From contig CAXXQS010000003.1 in NCBI GenBank assembly GCA_963674735.2, forward strand, positions 32,001 to 96,000: 64,000 nt of DNA, read 5' to 3'. Positions 8,745 to 18,525 of this stretch are shown one piece after another. The notes below the pieces were generated by a model. That model was given only the letters and a program-made list of their open reading frames with translations. It was not told the DNA's origin and ran no database searches. Each line of letters opens with the position of its first letter. The first letter of the stretch is position 1. The translations under genes and the position numbers were made by a program. Source of the DNA: Myxococcota bacterium (GTDB lineage: Bacteria; Myxococcota_A; SURF-8).

Positions 8745-11708
8745 CTATTTGCCCATCAGCCCCATGCAGGAGTTGAAGACTCCCATGCAGTCGACATAGC
8801 GACCTTCGACCTGATCTTCGATACAGGTTTCCAGGTCCGCCATGTTTTCATCGGAACTATCCGATAACATCAGCCCGCAGATGCTGTCACAGGCAATCGC
8901 CAGACCATCGGGGAGGCAGACTTTGTGACCGGGATGCACAGCGCCGTAACGGTAGCTGGGGGTCAGGCAGCGCAGGTCGTAGATTCCCATCGTTCCGCAT
9001 TCATCATGGCTGGTGCATTCCGTCATGCAACGATGAGCCAGACAGTGGCGAGGGGTTCCATCTTCAAGATCGGCGCAGTCGCTGTCTTCGTGACAATATT
9101 GGCCATCGTTAGGGCATACTCCCGGACCATCCACCACGCCGTCGCAATCATCATCCACGCCGTTACAGGTCTCTTGCGCGTCACACAGGTCGCAGGCGGC
9201 TCGGGTGGGAACGCAGTAGTGATTGACGCAGGTAAAGTTTTCCTCACAGCTTTCCACCGGCTCTGTTTCTATTTCGCTTTCGTTTTCTTCTTCGCCCGAA
9301 ATCTCCTCATCGCCATCCACCCGTGTTTCCGCGTCTTCCTGATCGCCATCGGTGGGGAGTTCGGTTTCTCCCTCATCATCGATGTCGCCATCCGGTTCCA
9401 CCGAGCTTTGTTCACAAGGCGTCAGGCATACGTGACGCCCCAATGCCGGGACCGCCTGGCAAATACCCGACGCACATTGGCTGTTGTCGGCGCATTCGTC
9501 ACAGGCTCCGCGTTCGCAGGCTCCGCCCCGTTCCGTGCCACAGGAATCGGTGGCTCCCAGACAAGCGGCGCGCGTGCCACATTCCACCGGGTTTTGGGCC
9601 ATTCGCACGGCTACGTAAGCGTCTACCATGCCGTATCCGTAATAGGGACTGTGACCTTGCTCGTCGTACTGACCGTTCAACCGATCGATTTTACGGGCCG
9701 ATTGGGCCAGAATGTCGCGTACTTGTGTGGCGGTTAGGTCCGGATTGGCCGATAGAATCAGACCGATTACACCAGTAACGAACGGTGCCGATGCACTGGT
9801 GCCGTTGAAGTGGTTGCTATAAGCGGCTTCACCACTTTCGCTCCCGAGAGCAGTTGTGACGATGCCAAGTTCGCTGATTCCACCCCATGTTGGAGCGGCA
9901 ACGAGAATCTGCTCGCCGAAGGTAGAGTAGTACACTTTGAGACCCTTCTCATCCACTCCGGCGACTGCGATGTTGGTAGGATAACTGGCAAATTCATCCT
10001 GGGAGACGTCCTGGTTGCTGTTTCCGGCCGCAAAGACGATCAGCATGCCTTTGCCGCCACGCCCGTTTGTTTCGGCATAGTCGAAGGAGTCGGTAACCAC
10101 ACTCCCCAAGGAGGGAAGGTTAGGGGTGTCGCCCCAGCGCTCCGGCTCGCCTCCATCAGGGCCCCAACTGTTGTTGACTACTGCGGTTCCGGCGTCGGCG
10201 TGATTGACGAATCGCTCCGCCACCATGCTGTCGGGTAACCCGATCGGGCTTGATTGGCTGTAACCCTGAGTGTCGTCGAGGGCCCAGGAACAGCGGATAT
10301 GGCAACCCGGACACACGCCCGCAACGCCGGTGGTGTTGTCGCCGACGGCGGCAGCCACACCGGCAACCATCGTGCCATGACTACCGAAGCCCGAACCGAG
10401 CAGATTCTGCCAGTTTGCCGGGAAATTGACGGTGGTTTCCATGTTGGCGGCCAGGTCGGGATGATTGATATCGCAGCCGTCATCGTTGATGCCCACCACG
10501 ATGTTGCTCGATCCTTTGGTGATGTCCCAAGCTTCCCACACGCGAGATCCGTTGAACGGCGTCGTACCGCCTTGTCCTTCCGCTTTCAAGTGCCATTGTT
10601 GAGGGAAAAGCGGATCATCCGCCACCGCGCGGTGGGAGTAGAAGCGTATCCAGTCGATTTCGGCTTTGGCAGTTCCCGAGTTATTCAACTGCTTGGCCAG
10701 ACGTAGAGCTGTGAGCGGAGATGCCGCAGTCGCCAGCATTCGACCCTGGGTCCAGTGCAGCGGTTTGATTGAACCCAATCCAAGATCGGTCAGGTGTTGG
10801 GTGGCTGTCGTCGTGTTTTTCTGCCTCGGGGTGACAATCAACCGGTCGCTGGTCGCCCAGATCCGTCCGGCTTCGTCCTTGAATGTCGGTAGAGGCTCCA
10901 GCTCTCGATAAAGTTGTTGCACCAACGCCTGATCGATGGCTCCCTGGGCCTGTAAACGGATAAAGCGTCCACTGCCTTCCACCGTTAGTGGAGCCTGATA
11001 ACGAGTCGCCAGATTCGCAAAATCGAGAGACTGACGGCGTTCGACCACCCAAGTGTCCTCTGCGAGTGTCAGGCCTGCCGGAGCCAGTTCGGTCAACTCG
11101 TCGGCAACCGGCCCCTGACGTAGCATGCCTTCGGCGCATATGCAGATGACTTCGCAGGTGAAATCGAGGCGCGGATCGTAAAGCCAGTCTGCGCAGTAGC
11201 GAATGGCGTCGCAGTCATCCTCGACAGAAGTACAGCGGCGGAAATTGTCGTCACTTTGCGAGGGACCACTGTAGGGGAGTTGATCGGCCGATTCGCAACG
11301 CATGATGCAGTCATCCACATCCGTGATGGCTTGCCAGGGAAGATTAAACCATCCACAGTCGGCCAGTTTGTTGCACCCTTCCTCACAAGTCACCTCCGCA
11401 TCCGGCAGATCGTCAGCGGACCCGCGACGCGGCGGGGAGATTTCCTCTTCCAGATCTTCATCCACATCGCCATCGGTGTCTCCATCCGGATCATCCCCGT
11501 CTGGATCGTCACCGTCGGGATCGTCGCCATCGGGATCGTCGCCATCCGGATCGTCCCCGTCCGGGTCGTCGCCATCAGGATCGTCGCCGTCGGATGTATC
11601 GCCATCCGGTGATGTATCGCCATCAATGGTCTGATTGAAATCGCTTCCGGTACAGGAAGTCAACATCAGAATGAGGAGTGCAAAAACGGGCAAATGTCGA
11701 ATTTTCAT
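8745..11708 (-). CDS. S8 subtilisin-family serine peptidase lipoprotein with DGDDP repeats and Cys-rich domains
   Basis: Lipobox LTSC; catalytic triad NDDG / HGTMVAG / FNGTSASAP; oxyanion FAAGN; DPLFPQQWHL; ETCNGVDDDCDG motif. Confidence 0.93.
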   Translation of the reverse strand: MKIRHLPVFALLILMLTSCTGSDFNQTIDGDTSPDGDTSDGDDPDGDDPDGDDPDGDDPDGDDPDGDDPDGDDPDGDTDGDVDEDLEEEISPPRRGSADDLPDAEVTCEEGCNKLADCGWFNLPWQAITDVDDCIMRCESADQLPYSGPSQSDDNFRRCTSVEDDCDAIRYCADWLYDPRLDFTCEVICICAEGMLRQGPVADELTELAPAGLTLAEDTWVVERRQSLDFANLATRYQAPLTVEGSGRFIRLQAQGAIDQALVQQLYRELEPLPTFKDEAGRIWATSDRLIVTPRQKNTTTATQHLTDLGLGSIKPLHWTQGRMLATAASPLTALRLAKQLNNSGTAKAEIDWIRFYSHRAVADDPLFPQQWHLKAEGQGGTTPFNGSRVWEAWDITKGSSNIVVGINDDGCDINHPDLAANMETTVNFPANWQNLLGSGFGSHGTMVAGVAAAVGDNTTGVAGVCPGCHIRCSWALDDTQGYSQSSPIGLPDSMVAERFVNHADAGTAVVNNSWGPDGGEPERWGDTPNLPSLGSVVTDSFDYAETNGRGGKGMLIVFAAGNSNQDVSQDEFASYPTNIAVAGVDEKGLKVYYSTFGEQILVAAPTWGGISELGIVTTALGSESGEAAYSNHFNGTSASAPFVTGVIGLILSANPDLTATQVRDILAQSARKIDRLNGQYDEQGHSPYYGYGMVDAYVAVRMAQNPVECGTRAACLGATDSCGTERGGACERGACDECADNSQCASGICQAVPALGRHVCLTPCEQSSVEPDGDIDDEGETELPTDGDQEDAETRVDGDEEISGEEENESEIETEPVESCEENFTCVNHYCVPTRAACDLCDAQETCNGVDDDCDGVVDGPGVCPNDGQYCHEDSDCADLEDGTPRHCLAHRCMTECTSHDECGTMGIYDLRCLTPSYRYGAVHPGHKVCLPDGLAIACDSICGLMLSDSSDENMADLETCIEDQVEGRYVDCMGVFNSCMGLMGK
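11487..11591 (-). repeat. 7 x 15-bp coding tandem repeat (DGDDP)
   Basis: Seven consecutive 15-nt units on the ggatcgtcgccatc pattern, all encoding DGDDP, with synonymous variation. Confidence 0.95.
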
Positions 11709-11890
11709 GAATGAATCCTCTTTGCGATGTGGAATGAGAACAAATTAGGACGCGACGTTTATACCATAATCCATATGTACTCCGTAGCCTTTTCTAACAT
11801 TCGTTTAAACACGTCGTCCATGGCAATTGACAGTCAAACCTGTGCGGGGTAGGCTGCGTTATTGAACATGAATAGCGGGTGAGGTGTGCA

Positions 11891-12391
11891 ATGGGACTGT
11901 GGGAGCGGTTGAAAGAGAAGGAGATTGGCTTTTCGATCACGGAAACCATGCGCGGCACGCATGAATTCGAAACGGGTTGTGGACCGAGCGGTTCCTTGCC
12001 TTTTGAGTTTACGGTTGAATGGGGTACGGAAGACCTCACCGACTGGCTCTCGCCGAAAAGCGGACGGTTTATGGTCAACAATCTGGCCGGAACGGTTCGG
12101 GTCGATGGCCTCTGTGACGAAGCTTCTTGTTCCGGGACTTTAGAGTTGCGTTATTTTGGCGAGCACAAAATTCGTTATCAGTTCGACTTCAACTCCGATG
12201 GTCGGGACTACCGTTTCGTCGGCGAAAAAGTCAATATTCGCCCCTGGAATCTGGCTACATCGCATACCACCTGTTTTGGAGTCATTACGGAGCTTGACGG
12301 CGGGCGACTGATTTCACGATCCGTGAGCCATTTCGAGTTTTCAAGCACGCCGGCTTTTTTAAGCAGTTTGCGGCTTTCAATGGCAAAATAG
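11891..12391 (+). CDS. hypothetical protein (beta-rich; GF.ETMRG motif, similar to small domains associated with GMC/cholesterol oxidases)
   Basis: GAGG RBS before ATG 11891; GFSITETMRG, GTLEL, YRFVGEK, SHTT. Confidence 0.65.
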   Translation: MGLWERLKEKEIGFSITETMRGTHEFETGCGPSGSLPFEFTVEWGTEDLTDWLSPKSGRFMVNNLAGTVRVDGLCDEASCSGTLELRYFGEHKIRYQFDFNSDGRDYRFVGEKVNIRPWNLATSHTTCFGVITELDGGRLISRSVSHFEFSSTPAFLSSLRLSMAK

Positions 12392-12544
12392 ACTCTTCTT
12401 TCACCGAATTCCGACTATCCTGGCGGATATCATGTTTTAGTTGATTTTCCCATAAAACGGCGGTAAGACCGTTGCATCGATATAACCGATACGCGTTTTT
12501 ATAACACGCATCGCGCATTGCATTCAGACGCAAAGGAGGAAGTC

Positions 12545-13393
12545 ATGACGGAAATCAAGAAGGTTGGAATTTTAGGCGCGGGTATGATGGGTGCGGAAAT
12601 TGCGCTGTGCTGCGCGCGAGTCGGATTGCCGGTGGTGCTGAAAGAAATCAGCCAGGAACTCGCCGACAAAGGCAAAGGCCGCATCGAGAAAATCCTGACC
12701 AAACAGGTCGATAAAGGGAAGCTGGAAGCAGCCGATAAAGACAAACTGCTCGCTCTCATCACTCCCACCGCCACGCTCGACGGTTTTGCGGATGTCGATA
12801 TCGTTGTCGAGGCGATCTTGGAAGTGCTCGACATTAAACATAGCGCTTACAAAGAGCTGGATGCCGTGTGCAAGCCTTCTTGCATCTTCGCCTCCAACAC
12901 CTCTTCCATTTCCATTACCAAGCTGGCCGCAGCAGCCCGTTCCGATCGTTTTGTCGGTCTGCATTTCTTCAGCCCCGCTTCGATCATGAAGCTGGTTGAA
13001 GTGATTCCGGGCCTCTTGAGCAGCCCCGAGACGATTGAAGCCGGTAAGGCTTTCTGCGAGCAGATCGGGAAAGTTCCGGTGAAGGTCGGTAATGTCGAGG
13101 GATTCGTGGTCAACCGTATTTTGTGTGCTCTGATGAACGAAGCCTATCGCTTGGTCGATGAAGGCGTTGCCAGCATGGAAGACATCGATACCGCTTGCAA
13201 ACTGGGCTTGGGTCATCCGGTCGGCCCCTTCCGGCTCTCCGATAACATCAGCTTGGACTTGCTCAATAACGTGCACAATATTCTGACGGATGCCTACGGA
13301 GATCGTTTCAAAGTCCCCAACGCCTTCCGTGAACGCCTTGACGCCGGTCGGGTGGGACGTAAAGTCGGCAAAGGTTGGTACGACTACGACTAA
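12545..13393 (+). CDS. 3-hydroxyacyl-CoA (3-hydroxybutyryl-CoA) dehydrogenase
   Basis: GAGMMG, VEAILE, ASNTSSISI, GLHFFSP, GFVVNR, LGLGHPVGP, GRKVGKGWY; AGGAGG RBS. Confidence 0.95.
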   Translation: MTEIKKVGILGAGMMGAEIALCCARVGLPVVLKEISQELADKGKGRIEKILTKQVDKGKLEAADKDKLLALITPTATLDGFADVDIVVEAILEVLDIKHSAYKELDAVCKPSCIFASNTSSISITKLAAAARSDRFVGLHFFSPASIMKLVEVIPGLLSSPETIEAGKAFCEQIGKVPVKVGNVEGFVVNRILCALMNEAYRLVDEGVASMEDIDTACKLGLGHPVGPFRLSDNISLDLLNNVHNILTDAYGDRFKVPNAFRERLDAGRVGRKVGKGWYDYD

Positions 13394-13413
13394 ATTATAA
13401 AGCTCGTTGTCCT

Positions 13414-13441
13414 ACGGGGCGTTTCGGCGCCCCGTTTTTTA
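13414..13441 (+). terminator. intrinsic terminator of the 3-hydroxyacyl-CoA dehydrogenase gene
   Basis: ACGGGGCG-tttcgg-CGCCCCGT followed by a T tract. Confidence 0.85.
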
Positions 13442-13484
13442 TTGGCACAGATGACCGAATGGTCTTTCTCGTGGAAGTCTGAAT

Positions 13485-13509
13485 AAAAAAGCCGGGCTGA
13501 ACCCGGCTT
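13485..13509 (-). terminator. intrinsic terminator of htpG
   Basis: On the minus strand AAGCCGGG-ttcag-CCCGGCTT followed by a T tract. Confidence 0.8.
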
Positions 13510-13531
13510 GTCAGTGATGGTTGTTTTTGCG

Positions 13532-15415
13532 CTAACCCAGATCGCGTGCCATGAGGGTGTTGAGTCGCTGGGCGAAGGCTTGCGGATCTTTGATCTTCGA
13601 TCCCTCAGCCAATACGGCCTGATCGTAGAGCAGGTAACCCAGATCTTTCAAGCGTGCATCGTCCTTGTCCTTGGCGAAGGTGTCGAGCAGCCCTTTGACT
13701 ACCGTGTGTTCGGGGTTGAGTTCGAGGATGCGCGGCGATTCACCGAGGTCGTCTCCGTGACCGAGGCGTTTCATCAGATTTTCCATGTAAGCGCCCATCT
13801 GACCGTCTTCCGTCACGAGGCAGGACGCGCTGTCTTTAAGGCGTGACGAAAGTCGCACGTCCTTGATTTCCTCGATGTTGTCTTTGAGATAACTCATCAG
13901 GTCTTTGTAGCTTTCTTCGTGTTGCTTTTTGGTCTCTTCATCCACGTCATCTTCCAGGTCACCCTTATCGACGGCTTTAAGCGGCTTTTCCTGGTAATTC
14001 GGGAGTGATTGTGCGACCCATTCATCCACCGGGTCGGTCATCAGCAGGACGTCGTAGCCTTTGGCTCGTACGGATTCCAGATAAGGCGAGCGCGCCAGCA
14101 TCGAGCGCTTTTCACCCACGATGTAATAGATTTCTTTCTGGTCGTCGGGCATTTTCTCGACGTAGTCTTTCAGGCTGATCCGCAGGCCCGGTTCACCGGC
14201 GGCCGTTTCGTACATCAGCAGGTCGGCCAATTTTTCGCGGTTGGCATAGTCGTGCGATAATCCTTCCTTCAGAACCGCGCCGAAGGCATCGTAGAAGGTT
14301 TTATAATCTTCGGGTTTATCCTTCTGCAAGCTCGCCAATTTACCCAGAATTTTGCTGACCAGGTTGGTCTTGATCTTGCCGACCTGCGCGTTTTGCTGCA
14401 GGATTTCACGCGAAACATTCAACGGCAGATCGGAGGCATCCACCACGCCTTGGACAAAACGCAAGTAAGGGGGCAGCAGGTCTTGGCAGTCGTCCATGAT
14501 GAACACGCGTTTGATGTAAAGATTGAGCCCGCTTTTACGCTCCGGGTATAACCAGTCCATTGGTTGGTGCGAGGGGATATAGAGCAACGACTTGAACTCG
14601 AAGGCTCCTTCCGCGTAGTAGTGGATCCATGTCAGCGGGTCTTGGAAGTCACGCGAGATGTGCTTGTAAAAGCTCTTGTAGTCCTCATCCTTCACTTGCG
14701 ATTTCGGTTTTTGCCAGACGGCCTGACGCGAATTGAGGGTCTCGTCTTTGGTGACCGGCTTGTCATCCTTGTCCTTTTCCTCGACTTCCATCTTGATCGG
14801 ATGTTCGATGAAATCGCTGAAACTGCGCACCAACTGACGCAACTTCCACTCGTTGAGGTAGTCTTTGAAATCGTCTTTCAGCGTGACGATGATGTCGGTT
14901 CCGCGTGTGGCTTTTTCGGCGGTTTCGACGGAATAAGACCCTTTACCGTCGGATTCCCAGCGTACGCCGTCTTCAGGCTTGCCCGCCATGCGAGACAAAA
15001 CGGTTACCTTCTCGGCCACCATGAACGACGCATAGAAACCGAGGCCGAATTGCCCGATCAGTTCGGGCCGATCTTCGGCTTTGGCTTCCTGCAATTTCTG
15101 GATGAACTCGCGGGTGCCCGAGCGGGCGATCGTGCCCAGATCTTCCACGATCCGCGCTTCATCCATACCGATGCCATTGTCGCGAATCGTTAATGTTTTC
15201 GAGTCGTTGTCGGGAATGAGACGAATCGTCCAATCGCTATCATCTTCCAGTATGCTTGAATCGGTGATGGAGTGGAAACGGGCTTTATCGATCGCGTCGG
15301 AGGCGTTTGAGATCAGCTCGCGCAGGAAGATGTCGGGGTTGGAATAGAGCGAGTGGATGATGATATCCATCAGCTGGGTCATTTCGGTTTTGAAAGAGTG
15401 GGTTTTCGCCGTCAT
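13532..15415 (-). CDS. htpG: molecular chaperone HtpG (Hsp90)
   Basis: HSLYSN..IFLRELISNASDA, DNGIGM, LGTIARSGT, IGQFGLGFY, DLPLNVSREILQ, LELNPEH. Confidence 0.99.
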   Translation of the reverse strand: MTAKTHSFKTEMTQLMDIIIHSLYSNPDIFLRELISNASDAIDKARFHSITDSSILEDDSDWTIRLIPDNDSKTLTIRDNGIGMDEARIVEDLGTIARSGTREFIQKLQEAKAEDRPELIGQFGLGFYASFMVAEKVTVLSRMAGKPEDGVRWESDGKGSYSVETAEKATRGTDIIVTLKDDFKDYLNEWKLRQLVRSFSDFIEHPIKMEVEEKDKDDKPVTKDETLNSRQAVWQKPKSQVKDEDYKSFYKHISRDFQDPLTWIHYYAEGAFEFKSLLYIPSHQPMDWLYPERKSGLNLYIKRVFIMDDCQDLLPPYLRFVQGVVDASDLPLNVSREILQQNAQVGKIKTNLVSKILGKLASLQKDKPEDYKTFYDAFGAVLKEGLSHDYANREKLADLLMYETAAGEPGLRISLKDYVEKMPDDQKEIYYIVGEKRSMLARSPYLESVRAKGYDVLLMTDPVDEWVAQSLPNYQEKPLKAVDKGDLEDDVDEETKKQHEESYKDLMSYLKDNIEEIKDVRLSSRLKDSASCLVTEDGQMGAYMENLMKRLGHGDDLGESPRILELNPEHTVVKGLLDTFAKDKDDARLKDLGYLLYDQAVLAEGSKIKDPQAFAQRLNTLMARDLG

Positions 15416-15483
15416 GGCCGGAATCTCCTTTAGCTGTGCTTTCTAAAAATATCGAATCAAATGCATTGTATCTATGCGCAGAA

Positions 15484-15511
15484 AACATAAGACCGAAGGC
15501 GGGAATGTCAA
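15484..15511 (-). promoter_or_regulatory. putative -35/-10 promoter for htpG
   Basis: Minus strand TTGACA-N16-TATGTT about 70 nt upstream of the start. Confidence 0.45.
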
Positions 15512-15678
15512 GGCGCGACAGGCAGGAAATTACGACCGGAAACGCCAGCTTGCCGTAGTCGGTTTCGTGGAGACAAGCGGAGCGGTTCCACAGTAGATTC
15601 GGTGGTATTCCAGTCGAAAAGACGTTCCGGCTTAAGGGCTTGGCAATTTCATCGTTTACGTATACTGCGCGACAGCAG

Positions 15679-15713
15679 AAAAAACGCGGTCACAACCGAG
15701 GGTCGCGCCGCGT
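15679..15713 (-). terminator. putative terminator after the iron-containing ADH gene
   Basis: GC-rich imperfect hairpin (acgcgg...ccgcg) followed by T6 on the minus strand. Confidence 0.6.
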
Positions 15714-15750
15714 CTTTCGAAAGGCGTTTCGTTTTGTCACACATTCAGCG

Positions 15751-16923
15751 CTAAAAAGCCTGTTTCAAGACAGCCAATGCTTCCTGATAGTCCATTTCTT
15801 CGGGATTATAAGTCAGCGAACCGTCATTGATACTCAGTTTGGCAATGCTTTCAAGCTGTTCGGCCTTTACTCCTGCGTCAGACAGCTTGAGCGGCAGGCC
15901 ACACAGGGCATTGAGCGTCGCCGTCAGTGAACGCACGGCTTCTACACCTTTGCGGGCCATTTCGGTTTTATCGAGTTGTGGCGTAACGCCCAGCATGCCG
16001 GCGATTTCAGCCAGAGAATCCGGCACCTTAGCGACGTTGTATTCCATGCCGTAAGGCAGAAGGATCGCATTGGCTACACCGTGCGGTACATGCGCCGTCG
16101 CGCCCGCCGAGTGGGCCAGGGCGTGTACCATGCCGACCATCGAATTGGAAAAGGCGATACCGGCCAGGAGCGCCGCATTGGCCATGCCCACCCGCGCATC
16201 TTCATGGTCGCCATGCTCGACGGCTTCGGCGAGATACTGGTGGATAAGCTTGATGGCAGCGGCGGCGAAAGCGTCGGAGACGGGGTTTTTTTGCAAGCCG
16301 TAATAGGCTTCGCAGGCATGGGTCAAGGCATCCATGCCGGTTGCGGCCGTGATACGCGGCGGCATGGTGATCATCATGGCCGGATCGACGATGGCCACAT
16401 GAGGATAGAGGCGCGTGGAAACCATCGCCATTTTTGCGCCTAGGTCTACGTTTTTGATAACCGCAGCGGCGGTGACTTCCGAACCGGTTCCGGCGGTGGT
16501 CGGAATGGCGATAAACGGTTGCATGGTGGCCGTAATTCGATCGACGCCCTGGAACTTCAGCAGGTCGTCGGTTTGTTCGGACAGCACGATGTTGACGCCT
16601 TTGGCGGTGTCGAGCACGCTGCCGCCACCCACGGCGACCAAGGCATCGCAGCCTTTGTCGCGGTAGAGCTTGGCAACCTGGTTGACCACGTGGTTCGATG
16701 AATCCACCGGGGTGTCTTCGAACAGGTAGCCGATACTCATCTCGGCATCGGCGAAGGCGGCTTCCACCGGTCCCATCAGTTTGGCGGCAACGACTCCTTT
16801 GTCGGTGATAACCAGCGGCTTGGATGCACCGAGTTGCGACAATTCGTGGGGCAGGTTGGCGACGGCTTTGCGTCCGCTCAGAATTTTAACCGGGCAACTG
16901 AATTCGTAATATTTCGGTAGCAT
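15751..16923 (-). CDS. iron-containing alcohol dehydrogenase
   Basis: GGGSVLDTAK, PTTAGTGSE, GMDALTHACE, HALAH, HGVANA. Confidence 0.95.
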   Translation of the reverse strand: MLPKYYEFSCPVKILSGRKAVANLPHELSQLGASKPLVITDKGVVAAKLMGPVEAAFADAEMSIGYLFEDTPVDSSNHVVNQVAKLYRDKGCDALVAVGGGSVLDTAKGVNIVLSEQTDDLLKFQGVDRITATMQPFIAIPTTAGTGSEVTAAAVIKNVDLGAKMAMVSTRLYPHVAIVDPAMMITMPPRITAATGMDALTHACEAYYGLQKNPVSDAFAAAAIKLIHQYLAEAVEHGDHEDARVGMANAALLAGIAFSNSMVGMVHALAHSAGATAHVPHGVANAILLPYGMEYNVAKVPDSLAEIAGMLGVTPQLDKTEMARKGVEAVRSLTATLNALCGLPLKLSDAGVKAEQLESIAKLSINDGSLTYNPEEMDYQEALAVLKQAF

Positions 16924-16971
16924 GGCGTTCTCCTTTCGGCAATGCCGTGCGGGCTTTGTGTGGGTGAGGAT

Positions 16972-17514
16972 CTATTTCATTCCCTTGGCTACGAGCATCG
17001 GCGTCAATAGCCCCATGATCTTGGCTTTGGTTGCCAACTGGCTCGATGTCAACTTGGGGGGGCGTTTGAAGGTTTTGTTGAGAATGAGTCCCGGGAACAG
17101 GTAGGTTTGCACGATGGCCATGGCCCGCGTGACTTCCATGGCTTTGGCGTTATCACCGTGAATACAGACGCGATTCTCGGCGACGGCCGCCGGTGCTCCC
17201 AGCATGCCGGTGAAGATCATGACGGCCGAGTCGAGGTTTTTAAACAAAATCGACAGGTGCGGTTCGTGTTTTCCGATACCCAGGTAATCGATGCGGTCGC
17301 CGTTTTTCTGGATGGTCATGTAGGGTCCGTTGGGCAGGACTCCGATGGTGACACGGCGACCCTCTTCCCAGTCGGCGATCTCCTGCTGCATTTCGGGTAC
17401 GTAGCGGCTGGTCAGTTCAAACGTGATACCAAGAGCCAAAAGTGAGATATGGCTGGTTGTGCGTTTCAAACCGGTAGCGGCTTTGAGCTTCATTGCTTTA
17501 AGGTCCATCGTCAT
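16972..17514 (-). CDS. hypothetical protein, possibly SCP2 sterol/lipid-binding fold
   Basis: VLPNGP, ILFKNLDSA, F.G......A.AENR..I.GD pattern; directly upstream of the ADH; GAGGGG RBS. Confidence 0.6.
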   Translation of the reverse strand: MTMDLKAMKLKAATGLKRTTSHISLLALGITFELTSRYVPEMQQEIADWEEGRRVTIGVLPNGPYMTIQKNGDRIDYLGIGKHEPHLSILFKNLDSAVMIFTGMLGAPAAVAENRVCIHGDNAKAMEVTRAMAIVQTYLFPGLILNKTFKRPPKLTSSQLATKAKIMGLLTPMLVAKGMK

Positions 17515-17693
17515 GGCCTTACCCCTCATCCAAGTAAATCATTTATCCCAAACGTCGGTACGCATGCTAGCATATCTTATTCGTAAATGCACAAGCAAGT
17601 CGCAAATTTTCCGGCGCTGGGCGTTCATGGATGATCGTTATGCCGGAGACCATCCTCCCGATTACGGCAACTTTTACTCGATGTTAGTTCTGA

Positions 17694-18371
17694 TCATTTC
17701 CTTGTTTCGACCGCCTTTCGCACTGCCTCGATGACGTCCGGCATGGAACTTTTGGTCAAAAGATCGATGATAAACTGCGGGATGGGTAGTCCCGGATCGG
17801 TATAGACATGGTAGACAATCAAGGTCCGTTTACCCTTGGCATAGGGGAAAAACTTGTAGTAGCCGGTCGTTTCGCGGATGTCGCCTTGCAGGTATTCCCA
17901 CTCGATGACGTTGTCGCCGTAGTGCATGATGTGGAGGCGATACCAGATCGTGGTGAAGGCCACCTTGAGTGTCTGTTCCACCGTGGCTAGCGCCCCGTCC
18001 CAGGAATACGTGACTTTTTCCAGGTGCGGCATCGGACCCACGTGGCGGTCGAAGCTTTTCAGAAACGCCATGACCTTGGCGGGCGGTGCGTCGATGGTGG
18101 CGATAGCTTCATATCGTTTGGCTTCACCTTCACTGGGCAGAGCACGCGTCACCACTTTGCGTTTGGCTATTTGCTTTTTCTCGTCGCCGCTAAGCTTGGG
18201 TGCTTTACCGAGACGCGCCTTGCTAAGCTTGGCAGCCGCCTCGACGGTCAACGGCTTGAAGGTTGGGCTGGGATTTTTGTATTTCGGTTCGTTTTCGGTG
18301 GCCATCAATCCTGTGTTCAAGCAACTCAGCAGGAAGAATAGCCCTATGAAATGGCAGGCCAAACGCTTCAT
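17694..18371 (-). CDS. SRPBCC/START-domain protein with signal peptide
   Basis: IDAPPAKV, MPHL, IEWEYLQGDI, YTDPGLPIPQF; GGAG RBS before MKRLAC. Confidence 0.75.
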   Translation of the reverse strand: MKRLACHFIGLFFLLSCLNTGLMATENEPKYKNPSPTFKPLTVEAAAKLSKARLGKAPKLSGDEKKQIAKRKVVTRALPSEGEAKRYEAIATIDAPPAKVMAFLKSFDRHVGPMPHLEKVTYSWDGALATVEQTLKVAFTTIWYRLHIMHYGDNVIEWEYLQGDIRETTGYYKFFPYAKGKRTLIVYHVYTDPGLPIPQFIIDLLTKSSMPDVIEAVRKAVETRK

Positions 18372-18525
18372 ATCCGCTCCTTTTTCACCGAGATTCGTGA
18401 ACTCAAACCAAACTTGTCGAGGAAAAGACGGTCCGTGGATGTGCGGGCGGGATGGTCGTCCGTTACGTTTTAGCGTAGTTTGCTGCGAAACACAAGCGAG
18501 ACCGGTTCGGGAACGGTTCAGCAAC

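Noticed and set aside
11466-11624. Short regular repeats here and at 19637-19744 and 49728-50327, considered as CRISPR arrays
   Set aside because: They are in-frame coding repeats with synonymous variation, no unique spacers and no cas genes.
15416-15750. CIRCE element or sRNA upstream of htpG
   Set aside because: No TTAGCACTC-N9-GAGTGCTAA is present, and the hairpins seen are explained by the ADH terminator.
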